Of a stretch of 64,000 bases of DNA, positions 9,613 to 18,870 are shown piece by piece. The DNA is taken from positions 1-64,000 of the forward strand of contig JAFDYQ010000020.1 in NCBI GenBank assembly GCA_018267365.1, given 5' to 3'. The notes under the pieces were generated by a model. The model was not told the DNA's origin, made no database searches, and saw nothing but the letters and a program-made list of their open reading frames with translations. The first letter of the stretch is position 1; every line of letters starts with the position of its first letter. This stretch comes from Bacteroidota bacterium. Lineage in GTDB: Bacteria > Bacteroidota > Bacteroidia > Chitinophagales > LD1. A program made the translations under genes and the position numbers.

Positions 9613-12600
9613 TCATCTGAAAAGCTGGAAGTTGCCTTCAGCAGAGCTTTGCTTCGTTTTAGACGCATCATTAGGATCGGGCATTTCTACTGTCACAAAG
9701 TACATATAGGTATCTGATGGCTGGGCGTTTCCTCCATATACTCCATCCCATCCCGGGAAATTAGGGTTGTCGTACACCATCTGGCCCCACCTGTTATAAA
9801 TCCGGAAGGCGGTCACCTTGGTCGATGTATTGCCACTCATCATCACCGGGAAGAAGTGCTCGTTTTTACCATCGCCGTTAGGTGTGAAAGCAGTAGGCAT
9901 ACGGTATACCCCGGGCTCTATCACCACAAAAGTGATAAACTTGGTATTAGTACAGCCATTGCGATCAGTCACTGTGATATAGAAGGTATCAATGCCAGGA
10001 TGCTGCACCGTCACAGCAGTATTGGCCTCAGTCGGCGAGAGCGCATTGGAGGTCGGGGTCCAGTTATATGTACTCAGCACCACACCCGGATCCGGCGTTA
10101 CAAAGAGCCTATTGGTATCCGATGGGAAGACTGTATCCCTCTGGGCACTCAGCGTGATCTGCGGGCAGCTCAGCGTAGCCGTGATAGAGGCAGAGGCTGT
10201 ACATTGGTTGTTATCCGTCACTACCACTGTATAGGTGCCGGAGCTATCTATATTATATGTAGCTCCTTGAGATCCGTCTGCTGTCCAGGTATAAGTATCT
10301 TGTGCAGATGCCGGCGTAGCACTCGCTGTGACCGGTATAGGTGAGCAGCCACATGCATTGATAGGCCCCGTAGAGTCCAGCTGCACTACCGGAGATGGTG
10401 CACTGGTCAGCACAAACTGAGAGTCAGTAGGGCAGCCCACACTGGCTATCACATCATAGGTACCCGCACCGGTAGCTACAAAAGTATCACCGGACGCTAC
10501 CTGAGCCGCACCCTGCATCCACACTACAGGATAGCCAGGAGGGTTGGTGGTCACACTGATCGTGTCTACATCATTAGAGCAAATCGGATTTTTATAAGGG
10601 GCAAATATGATCGCCGGCGGTGTAGATACAGATACATATGCTGTATCAGAAAACAGGTAGCAGCCGTTTACGTCCTGGGCTACGTACGAGTAGTTGCCTG
10701 ATGCGGTCACCGGCACTGCGCTGGAGCTACCACCGGCTGGTGTCCACTGATAGCTGCTGTATCCTTGTTCTGTCTCCAGTACCACATTGCCGCCGATACA
10801 GAATGAATCGGGTCCGCTGGAGGTCACATGGAGTTTAGGATGCGGGAATGAATCGATCCTGGCTGTATCAGAGTAGTAGTAGCATGTAGATCCTGCCGCC
10901 ATCACACGTACCAGATAGAAGCCGCGTGGATGTGCCTCCTGTGTAGGAGCGGTGCCCAGCGTATCTCTGCCTGATGGCTGGGTGTTATCCAGTGCAAACC
11001 ATTGATAGCCGCTGAATGTGCCGCCCACTGTGAGCTGCACAGAGTCTGTGTAGCAGATAGTAGCGCTGGAGCTGACATGTATACGAGGCGTAGGCACTAC
11101 ATTGACAGTCACTGAGTCAAACCCACGGCATCCGTTTACATCTATAGCTGTGACATAAAATTTGGTAGTGTCATATACCTGAGCCAGCGGATTGCCGATG
11201 GCTGAGTCAGATAGAAATCCTCCCGGTGTCCAGTGATAGGTGCTGATAGACTGCCCTGACTGGAATGTCAGGCGCGACGTGTCTCCCGGGCATATTGTGA
11301 CCGGAGATGCAGTGACGGCATGGCTGAAAGAAGTTATATCGATAAACACCGAATCCCTCACATGGCAGGTGGTAGGATGGGTAAACTGGTTGATGGTCAG
11401 ATACTCATCTACATAGTATCTCTGTGGATGGGATGGCCACGAGAGGGGATTATGTATAGAGGTATCACTGATCGTTACATTAGGAGTCCATACTGTTTGC
11501 CCCAGTGCTACAGTTGAGCCATTTACTGGGGTAAATCGCCAGCCCTCAGATGAGGATATGGTGTAAGATGAATTATTGCGGCCGGGTGCTGCTACACCTA
11601 TACCGGTACTATCCTTCAGGCCGGTAGTATGATTGCCGGAGTAGGTGCTGGAGAGCAGCATGATGTCTATCACCCCTGTCGTCTCATGCAGGTGTATCTC
11701 ACCGCTGGTCTGTCCTGTGCCACTGAGGCTCGGTAGGTTTGTATACTTGATCACCATGGTCCGGTTAGGCGCAGTACCGCTCATAAAGTAGCTGACATTA
11801 CCGTTATTGACCTCATAGTCTCCCACCATCAGTGCTATCTCATGCATAGGATACTGATAGGTAGATGTAGGTGGGAATGTCTGAGCGATATACTGCAGGC
11901 TGCCCGAGCCGTTAGGATATGGATTTACAAAGCTCATCCAGCCATTGCTATTGATATAAAATCGGTTGTAGCTCTGGCAGTAGAATGGGAAGTTGAAAGG
12001 TATATTAAATGGACCTGCTGTACCGTCATCCGTATTATTAAACCCAAATGCATCTATGAAAGAAGAGGCCGGTACCTGTGTGCCGAGGCCACTGATAGCT
12101 GCATATGGTATAGACTGCACTACATAGTTTTGCAGGCAGACTGCCGGTGGAGCGTTGGTCAGCAGCACATCCAGCTGTACAGTATCCAGGCCGCAGAGAG
12201 TAGTATCGGGCACTGCATTGATACCGATATTTCTATTGATGGTCAGGCGTATGCTGGTGTCATTCACACAGCTGTTATTGTGCACGGTCAGGTGATAGGT
12301 GCTGTCTGCATTGACGATCACTGCTGTCTGAGGGCAGTTGTCACACACCAGAGTAGATGGAGACCACTGGTAGGTCATCACATCCGGCACCGACATGCCT
12401 ATACGTATATTAGGGCGGGTATTGAGTATCGTAGGGAAGCTGTTCAGTGCGCAACCTTGAGTGCCGGACCCGAAATCTTCATCATATATAGTAGCACCCA
12501 TAAATCCTGCCATGCTGGTAGCTACATAGTCGCTGTTGTTAAAGGACGAACTCCCTCTGGTATAGCAGATCTGGATCACCAGATTGGAGTAGCCATCCCA

Positions 12601-14835
12601 GTTGAAGAAATGCAGGCTGAATGGATGCGAGGTCCAGCCTGCATTAGGTGAAAATGAAGTAGGATACGTCACCTCCTGCAGTCCTGACACAAAGCTGGTG
12701 AGAGAGTCCAGCGATGTGCAGCCCATACTCACGCGCAGGCTGTCATATGGCACTGTACTGGCCAGCTGAGAGACAAAGAAGGAGATATCAGTGATCGTAC
12801 CGGAGGTCAGGCCTGCGGCATTGAGTTCTGACGCGCGTATCAGATACTGCACACGGGCAGCGGGATAAAATCCATCATAAGGAGTACCGTCAGTAGTGGA
12901 ATTATTGTCGTTGCCCACGGTACGCAGGTCCAGGTATGAGTTTGTCCACAGGGTATCCACCAGGCCGCACTCTACTACATTCTCTGCAAAACCCTGACCG
13001 TTTAGCATCACGGTATCGCCCGGGCATACATTATTATTAGATGGAGTGATCGTGATCCTCGGTGCCGATCCTTCTATATTCACAGGCACACTATCCCCTA
13101 TCACGCACCCCCCTATCGCCGTCACCAGTACATGGTACCAGCCGCTGTTTCTCAGAGGGGTGATAGCAGTGGTAGCTGCAGTGGGGCTTTGTACCAGATT
13201 TGCAGGTGTCCACTGATAGGTATATGGTCCCACGCTCGCAGGTGTAGCCGTAGCAGTGATCGTGGTGCTTGTATACTTGCATATAGAGGAGTCTGCCGCA
13301 GTCACAGCCAGGTTAAATTTCGGCACATTCCTTACTATTACCGTATCATAGTTTTTGCACCCTCCTATCAGGTCTCCGTGCACCACATACCCTACCGTAG
13401 AGTTAGGTACCGGTGGCGCTACTATGATCGCCGAGCTATCACTATTATATCCCACTACACCTATAGGTGCTCCGCCTGTAGCGCTGTCCGTCCATTGGTA
13501 GTGGGTGGCGCCATGCGCTTGTATGGTCACGGGCTGGCCACCATTGCAGTAGACCAGGTTTGGCCCGGCATACAGGCCATTCAGTACAGATATGGTAAAG
13601 GCATACACCTGTTTGCCCGGCTTAGGGCAGTTAGTATCAGATACAGTCAGATATAGATAGTGAAATCCGCTATCTGCATTCAGTGGTGTCCAGGTCACTA
13701 TCAGAGTAGACGTGTCATGTACACCACCTGTATGTGCTATAGTATAGGTAGATCCCGGCAGTACCTGGCTGAAAGCAGCAGAGTCTCTGACAAAAGAGTT
13801 CACAGCATCGCTGGTGGCCCGCAGCTCAAAGCGCAGCTGGGAGCCCGGGCAGACGCCCACATTAGTACTATCATAGATCACACCTCCGGTCACATGCGCC
13901 GCATCAAATTTATTGAGCAGGTATGGTGGGGGCGTAGTAGCAGTGGCGCAGTTGACCACTACTACCTGTATATCACGCATGGTAGAGCTCACCAGCACAC
14001 CGCCGCGATAGGCATCTACTCTTAGAGCTAGCACATAGTTACCTGTCTGCGTCGGAGTGAAGTTGATGTTACCCGTACGCGTATCAAAGGTAAACGTAGA
14101 CGCGTAGCGCGTAGGCGCGCCAAAAGGATTGGAAGCCGTGCAGCCGCTCTGAAATGGAATAGCTGTACCACCGGCAGTACGTGGATTGATCAGCGTATAC
14201 ACCAGTGAGTCACCGCTCAGATCTATAGCTCCCTGAGAGAAGTTCGCGTTCTGATTGACGCAAAATACATTCACCGGATAGGCTGCAAAGACGGGATTAT
14301 TCTGGCAGTTGCCATTCGCGGGGGTAGTCAGAGAGGCTTCGATATCCAGGTCATAGCCACTGGCTCCCACCAGATTGGTCACGGCTGCATTACGGCTGCC
14401 TTGGTCTATCTCGGCAGTCACCGTGCAGCCCGCCGGTATGGTAAAGGGATCTGATATATAGTTGACAAACATGGTACCATCCGGTGTGCCGGCTGGTATG
14501 GTGCCGTTAGCATAGTAGCTGCAGGTAGTCCTCACACCCGGGCAGTAGAGTGGCAGTGTATCGGGCGCCGTGGAGAGCGTAGATGAGGCTGGGATCGTAG
14601 TAGGCAGACCGCAGGTGCTCGTCAGGGTAAAATCGATGAGGCTGGGATCATAGGGTAGCGACGAACCCTGCTCGCAGGAGTAGTAGCAGGTAAAGACCAG
14701 CTGGTACTGACCATTGCCCAGACAGCGGAAGTAAATGTCCCCCCCCTTAAAGTGTGAAGCATCGGCCTGAAATGATGACAGCATCATTCCGATAAAAAGG
14801 ACAACACCCGAAAATATCTTTGTAAAATTCTTCAT
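9613..14835 (-). CDS. giant cell-surface adhesin-like protein (1740 aa) with T9SS type B C-terminal sorting domain; paralog of 3706..9180
   Basis: Signal peptide, then a C-terminus TAFTPNGDGKNEHFFPV...FRIYNRWGQMVYDNPNFPGWDGVY...GNFQLFR. Conserved blocks shared with the downstream paralog include SAPRI.I.PS...CPGD.V.LN, YLI.A.E.NAAGL.SG.ITD.SF.VSQL and TDDGTAGPFN..F.FPFYC. Confidence 0.85.
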   Translation of the reverse strand: MKNFTKIFSGVVLFIGMMLSSFQADASHFKGGDIYFRCLGNGQYQLVFTCYYSCEQGSSLPYDPSLIDFTLTSTCGLPTTIPASSTLSTAPDTLPLYCPGVRTTCSYYANGTIPAGTPDGTMFVNYISDPFTIPAGCTVTAEIDQGSRNAAVTNLVGASGYDLDIEASLTTPANGNCQNNPVFAAYPVNVFCVNQNANFSQGAIDLSGDSLVYTLINPRTAGGTAIPFQSGCTASNPFGAPTRYASTFTFDTRTGNINFTPTQTGNYVLALRVDAYRGGVLVSSTMRDIQVVVVNCATATTPPPYLLNKFDAAHVTGGVIYDSTNVGVCPGSQLRFELRATSDAVNSFVRDSAAFSQVLPGSTYTIAHTGGVHDTSTLIVTWTPLNADSGFHYLYLTVSDTNCPKPGKQVYAFTISVLNGLYAGPNLVYCNGGQPVTIQAHGATHYQWTDSATGGAPIGVVGYNSDSSAIIVAPPVPNSTVGYVVHGDLIGGCKNYDTVIVRNVPKFNLAVTAADSSICKYTSTTITATATPASVGPYTYQWTPANLVQSPTAATTAITPLRNSGWYHVLVTAIGGCVIGDSVPVNIEGSAPRITITPSNNNVCPGDTVMLNGQGFAENVVECGLVDTLWTNSYLDLRTVGNDNNSTTDGTPYDGFYPAARVQYLIRASELNAAGLTSGTITDISFFVSQLASTVPYDSLRVSMGCTSLDSLTSFVSGLQEVTYPTSFSPNAGWTSHPFSLHFFNWDGYSNLVIQICYTRGSSSFNNSDYVATSMAGFMGATIYDEDFGSGTQGCALNSFPTILNTRPNIRIGMSVPDVMTYQWSPSTLVCDNCPQTAVIVNADSTYHLTVHNNSCVNDTSIRLTINRNIGINAVPDTTLCGLDTVQLDVLLTNAPPAVCLQNYVVQSIPYAAISGLGTQVPASSFIDAFGFNNTDDGTAGPFNIPFNFPFYCQSYNRFYINSNGWMSFVNPYPNGSGSLQYIAQTFPPTSTYQYPMHEIALMVGDYEVNNGNVSYFMSGTAPNRTMVIKYTNLPSLSGTGQTSGEIHLHETTGVIDIMLLSSTYSGNHTTGLKDSTGIGVAAPGRNNSSYTISSSEGWRFTPVNGSTVALGQTVWTPNVTISDTSIHNPLSWPSHPQRYYVDEYLTINQFTHPTTCHVRDSVFIDITSFSHAVTASPVTICPGDTSRLTFQSGQSISTYHWTPGGFLSDSAIGNPLAQVYDTTKFYVTAIDVNGCRGFDSVTVNVVPTPRIHVSSSATICYTDSVQLTVGGTFSGYQWFALDNTQPSGRDTLGTAPTQEAHPRGFYLVRVMAAGSTCYYYSDTARIDSFPHPKLHVTSSGPDSFCIGGNVVLETEQGYSSYQWTPAGGSSSAVPVTASGNYSYVAQDVNGCYLFSDTAYVSVSTPPAIIFAPYKNPICSNDVDTISVTTNPPGYPVVWMQGAAQVASGDTFVATGAGTYDVIASVGCPTDSQFVLTSAPSPVVQLDSTGPINACGCSPIPVTASATPASAQDTYTWTADGSQGATYNIDSSGTYTVVVTDNNQCTASASITATLSCPQITLSAQRDTVFPSDTNRLFVTPDPGVVLSTYNWTPTSNALSPTEANTAVTVQHPGIDTFYITVTDRNGCTNTKFITFVVIEPGVYRMPTAFTPNGDGKNEHFFPVMMSGNTSTKVTAFRIYNRWGQMVYDNPNFPGWDGVYGGNAQPSDTYMYFVTVEMPDPNDASKTKQSSAEGNFQLFR

Positions 14836-14866
14836 ATAAGCGAAAGAGTTTTTTAAGAATCATTGA

Positions 14867-14874
14867 CAAATTTA
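14867..14874 (-). promoter_or_regulatory. candidate Bacteroidota -7 promoter box (TAAATTTG = TAnnTTTG) for the adhesin operon
   Basis: The minus-strand sequence TAAATTTG lies about 32 nt upstream of the ATG at 14835 and matches the Bacteroidota sigma-A -7 consensus TAnnTTTG. No clear -33 TTG was found. Confidence 0.25.
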
Positions 14875-15081
14875 GCAATTATTTGAACTATTGGCTTTCT
14901 TTAGGCAACAATTCGCCATTATAAAAAAGCCTGTTGCCTAGTCATTAATTCAAGCTTAATAATACATTTCATCCCAGGCCCACCTTACAAGACTGTGTTA
15001 AGTGGCAAGTGGTTGCGTTTGTTTTTTATTTTAAAGTCCTTATTATTGCACCGATTTGATTAACCAAAATAAAACTACACG

Positions 15082-15537
15082 ATGAAAAAAATTACAAGCT
15101 TCTTGATGGCCGGTGCCCTGGTAGCCGCCCTCATGACAACTTCTTCTTGCTCTAAGACTTGTGACGCCGGATACGAAGGTTCTGATTGCAAGACTGAAAT
15201 GAGAGCTAAGTTTATCAATGAACCAAATGGCTGGCTGACTGCAGAAACAGGCACTCAATCAGCTCCAGCTGCATTTACAGTACATATACAGTCATCCTCT
15301 ACTGGTGTAGATCAGATACGCATCCTGAACTTCTGGAATGCATTCACTAACGCCGTGACAGCCAAGATGACCAGCTCAACTACCTTTACTATTCCCAATC
15401 AATCTCCGGACAACGATGGATATACAGTAATCAGCGGTACTGGCACCATCAACAATGGCATAATATCAGTATCATACTCTGTAACTGACACATCTAACAG
15501 GACAGACGCTGTGACTGGTACATGGACAAAGAATTAA
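15082..15537 (+). CDS. small lipoprotein with N-terminal EGF-like half-module (paralog family)
   Basis: Lipoprotein signal MKKITSFLMAGALVAALMTTSSC. Followed by CSKTCDAGYEGSDC, then a Thr/Ser-rich beta body. Related to the lipoproteins at 20590, 21157, 26518 and 27032. Confidence 0.6.
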   Translation: MKKITSFLMAGALVAALMTTSSCSKTCDAGYEGSDCKTEMRAKFINEPNGWLTAETGTQSAPAAFTVHIQSSSTGVDQIRILNFWNAFTNAVTAKMTSSTTFTIPNQSPDNDGYTVISGTGTINNGIISVSYSVTDTSNRTDAVTGTWTKN

Positions 15538-15560
15538 TTTTCCACTTCTAAGATAAAAGT

Positions 15561-15586
15561 GCCCTCGCGAAAGTGAGGGCATTTTT
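15561..15586 (+). terminator. rho-independent terminator
   Basis: gccctcgcgaaagtgagggc hairpin followed by atttttattt. Confidence 0.7.
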
Positions 15587-15684
15587 ATTTAGGTATATCG
15601 TTCACCACTATTTGAGGGTATCATGCCTCTAATCGTCTTTAAATACACCAACCACCTGCCCCAATTTAATAACCAATAAGATAT

Positions 15685-15720
15685 AAAAATGCCCTCACTG
15701 AATAGCGAGGGCATTTTTAT
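15685..15720. terminator. bidirectional rho-independent terminator
   Basis: aaaaat-gccctc-actgaatagc-gagggc-attttta: a hairpin flanked by an A-run and a T-run. It serves the minus-strand lipoprotein gene that ends at 15738. Confidence 0.65.
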
Positions 15721-15737
15721 ATCTGGTAAGACAGCTT

Positions 15738-16175
15738 TTATTTACCGCCATTCATTTTTGACTTCTTCTTATCTGTGCTAGTGTTTACGTTAGTACTGCC
15801 GTTCATCTTATCATTCTTTGCCTCAGTAGAGGTTTTTACATTTCCGTTCATTTTATCTGCCTTAGGATCTACAGGCTTAGGCTCCTCCTTCTTCGCGGGG
15901 GTAGCAGGCTTCGTAGGAGTAGTGTGATGCGCTGCAGGTTTTGCACCTGGCTTTGCAGGCTCAGCTTTCAGCTTCTCTTCGGCAGCCAGCGCTACCTTAT
16001 CTTCGCATACTTTGGTCAGTGAGTCATCCAGTGTCTTCACTTTATCTTGTACCATCTGGTCTATGGCTGCATTGTCAGCATCTTGTGCCTGTTTGTTGGC
16101 TGCATCATTGTTGCAGGCAGTGAGAGCCAGGCCTATAGCGGCTACAGAGCAGAGTTTTATGAGTGTCTTTTTCAT
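15738..16175 (-). CDS. hypothetical lipoprotein, low-complexity Lys/Ala/Pro-rich with DKMNG repeats
   Basis: Lipobox ...LALTAC. The C-terminal half is KP/A-rich and carries repeated KMNG motifs. Confidence 0.55.
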   Translation of the reverse strand: MKKTLIKLCSVAAIGLALTACNNDAANKQAQDADNAAIDQMVQDKVKTLDDSLTKVCEDKVALAAEEKLKAEPAKPGAKPAAHHTTPTKPATPAKKEEPKPVDPKADKMNGNVKTSTEAKNDKMNGSTNVNTSTDKKKSKMNGGK

Positions 16176-16211
16176 TTTTCTATGTTGGTTTATTCAGTTT
16201 TAAAATTGGGA

Positions 16212-16457
16212 TTACTTCGTCTCTGCTGTTGCGTTGGCCTTCAGCTCTTCTACCTTAGCATCTACTTCCGCCTCGAGGTTCTTGTCGCAGTCATCTGACT
16301 TTGCCTTTACCTCATCTACTACCTTGGCTGCATAGATAGAGTCCGCCTTTGCTTGTTTCTGGTCCTCAGTGAGCGGAGTATACTTGGCACCGCAGCTGCT
16401 CAGGATCAGTGCCGCCATAGTACCGAGGGCGAATAATGACATTACTGATTTTTTCAT
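16212..16457 (-). CDS. small hypothetical lipoprotein (about 81 aa)
   Basis: Internal start MKKSVMSLFALGTMAALILSSC (lipobox). Lys/Ala/Glu-rich and similar in composition to 15738..16175. The longer ORF beginning at 16568 lacks a signal peptide. Confidence 0.45.
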   Translation of the reverse strand: MKKSVMSLFALGTMAALILSSCGAKYTPLTEDQKQAKADSIYAAKVVDEVKAKSDDCDKNLEAEVDAKVEELKANATAETK

Positions 16458-16581
16458 GATGTTGATTTTTATTGTTTTAATGAAAGAATGAACGAATTTA
16501 AAAGGATTGCCTCTGAGAAAAAAACATTTTTTCGCCCCACAAATAAACAGAATCACAGGTTTATCCACAAAAACCCCTTTG

Positions 16582-17970
16582 TCAGATTTTGACTATTTTA
16601 TATGTATATAGTCCCGATATATCAGACACGCTCACTATATACATACCGGGTGCTATGTCTGACAGAGAGAGCATACTGCGGCCTCCATGTAGCGCCACAC
16701 TACGCAGGCGCTGCCCGGCCAGTGTGGTGATCTCTGCGGTGGCAGGACCGGCGTCCTTGGCATCTATCCATAGCACATCCTTTACAGGGTTAGGATAGAT
16801 ACTGATCCTGTCGTCCTGAGCTGCCTCACTGACGGCTGTCACATGAGACACAGACCCGCCCAGTGCGGCAAAGCTGGCCGCAAAAGCCTGCAGGTATTGA
16901 TTGGCGATATCTGCATCATGTATGATGATCATGTTTTCGTCATTCTTGGTATCGGCTGTCACTGACCAGTTGTGGCTGCCGGTCAGCACGAGCGGATCCA
17001 AGGTGGGGTAGTCCGGATCAGCTATCATCATCTTATTGTGGTATACGGTATTGCTGCCATTGTATATTTTCAGGTCATTGCCCATCACGGGAGCGAGTGT
17101 ATCGTAGGCGCTGTATGAATTACTCGCACTGTAGTGGTCCATGATGCCTTTCACTGTAACACCTGCGGAGTTGTACTTGATTTTAGTCTCGTGTGCATTG
17201 GGTGCTTCGGTATAGGTATACACCCCAAAAAACATTTCTTTATCCACACTACGGATAGTAGAAATAATATGTGTATTGGTATTGTCTGACGGGCTGAAGT
17301 ATACCTCTATCGCCCTGCCGTCTACGGTGAAGCTATTGGTCGCACTGGCCGTCTTAAACGGGCCAAACTTTGATGCGGCCGCATTGGGCGTAGCTCCACT
17401 CCCGCCCCACATCTTTTCAAACTGTGCCAGATAGGCCTGCGCTACAGCCTGATCCTGTATGACCACTGCATTATTGGTACTCCGGTCAAACATAGATTCG
17501 GTCCAGTTGGTCGAGCCGGTCCATACCGTGGCGTCTGCAGCGTAGCCCGCATCTATCACCATAAACTTATTGTGCATGATATTGTACGAGGAGCCCGTCG
17601 GGCTGGCCAGTGTAGCGATGCCGCTATTGAGCAGGCCCATTGACGTACTGGCGTTATCCTTGCCGTCATATATATAGCGTATGGTCACGCCGCGGGTATA
17701 GGCAGCATTCAGCGCTCCTGCTATATCGCTCATACCGCTACCTTGTGAGAACTGATACACAGCTATATCCAGCGTATGGTTGGCCCTGTTGATATAGGCT
17801 ATGAGCGTATCATCCAGTGCGTGATAGAGGTATACTGCATTATTGCCCGGTGTGGCATAGCTCGTATCTACCGTAGTATTAAAGTATACTTTGATCTTGC
17901 TGCTGCCTGCGGCAAAAGAAGATACGCATAAACCGCCGAATATTAAGAACGCGTAAAAATGTTTTAGCAT
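16582..17970 (-). CDS. phospholipase D / nuclease-like (two HKD motifs) secreted protein with T9SS type A C-terminal domain
   Basis: Signal peptide MLKHFYAFLIFGGLCVSSFA. Two HxK..D motifs (HNKFMVID and HNKMMIAD). C-terminal Por secretion tail YPNPVKDVLWID...GMYIVSV...YTYKIVKI. Confidence 0.75.
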   Translation of the reverse strand: MLKHFYAFLIFGGLCVSSFAAGSSKIKVYFNTTVDTSYATPGNNAVYLYHALDDTLIAYINRANHTLDIAVYQFSQGSGMSDIAGALNAAYTRGVTIRYIYDGKDNASTSMGLLNSGIATLASPTGSSYNIMHNKFMVIDAGYAADATVWTGSTNWTESMFDRSTNNAVVIQDQAVAQAYLAQFEKMWGGSGATPNAAASKFGPFKTASATNSFTVDGRAIEVYFSPSDNTNTHIISTIRSVDKEMFFGVYTYTEAPNAHETKIKYNSAGVTVKGIMDHYSASNSYSAYDTLAPVMGNDLKIYNGSNTVYHNKMMIADPDYPTLDPLVLTGSHNWSVTADTKNDENMIIIHDADIANQYLQAFAASFAALGGSVSHVTAVSEAAQDDRISIYPNPVKDVLWIDAKDAGPATAEITTLAGQRLRSVALHGGRSMLSLSDIAPGMYIVSVSDISGLYTYKIVKI

Positions 17971-18114
17971 CGAATGATTTATAACTATAGACAAGTGAGC
18001 AAACTTAATCAACTTTTGCCAACACAAGTTTTTTTTAAAGGCGCTCCATGTGGCCCTGATACGCACCGACATCTATTGCCTATCCGTGACAAAAAACTAT
18101 CTTAGCGCACACTA

Positions 18115-18861
18115 ATGAAATTCCTGGACGACATAGGCGGCTACCTCATCATGATCCGCCACGCTTTTTCCCGCCCGGAAAAAACTGCCATGTATAGCAA
18201 GGAAACCTTCCGCCAGATGGTGGATATAGGTATCGGATCGCTTTCTATCGTGGCTATCATCTCTACCTTCATAGGTGCGGTCACCGCGGTGCAGTTTAGC
18301 TACCAGCTCAAGAGTATCGGCCTCGTACCCATGTGGTGGATGGGCTCTATCGTGCGCAAAGGACTCATTCTGGAGCTCGCTCCTACCATCACCTCACTGC
18401 TGCTGGCCGGCAAGGTGGGATCAAACATCGCCACGGAGCTGGGCAGCATGCGTATATCAGAGCAGATAGATGCCTATGAGATCATGGGTGTCAATACGCG
18501 CTCCTATCTCGTAGGGCCCAAGATACTCGCTGCTGTAGTGGTGGTGCCCATGCTCATCGTGATGGCCGTAGCGCTGGGTATACTGGGCGGCTGGGCCGGT
18601 GGCGTATTGGGTCACTTCTTTACCACAGCTGAGTATGTACGCGGCCTGCAGGACAATATGAAGAACTGGGACGTGACCGTCATGTTTATCAAGTGTGTCT
18701 TCTTTGCCTTTATCATCGCCTCTATACCCTGCTACAAAGGCTACAATGTATCCGGCGGCGCACTGGAGATAGGCAGGGCCAGCACACAGGCGGTGGTGCT
18801 CACCAGTATCATGCTGGTGATCGTGAACTTTTTTATCGCATTTTTCCTACTCGGAGAGTAG
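18115..18861 (+). CDS. mlaE: ABC transporter permease, MlaE family
   Basis: 248-aa polytopic membrane protein with a YrbE/MlaE-like sequence, followed directly by an MlaF-like ATPase. Confidence 0.75.
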   Translation: MKFLDDIGGYLIMIRHAFSRPEKTAMYSKETFRQMVDIGIGSLSIVAIISTFIGAVTAVQFSYQLKSIGLVPMWWMGSIVRKGLILELAPTITSLLLAGKVGSNIATELGSMRISEQIDAYEIMGVNTRSYLVGPKILAAVVVVPMLIVMAVALGILGGWAGGVLGHFFTTAEYVRGLQDNMKNWDVTVMFIKCVFFAFIIASIPCYKGYNVSGGALEIGRASTQAVVLTSIMLVIVNFFIAFFLLGE

Positions 18862-18870
18862 ACTGGCAGC

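Noticed and set aside
11842-12651. 269-aa plus-strand ORF (and many others of 60 to 180 aa) inside the giant adhesin genes
   Set aside because: Antisense to the adhesin coding sequence. Arg/Cys/His-rich composition is typical of antisense translation of Thr/Ser/Gly-rich genes.
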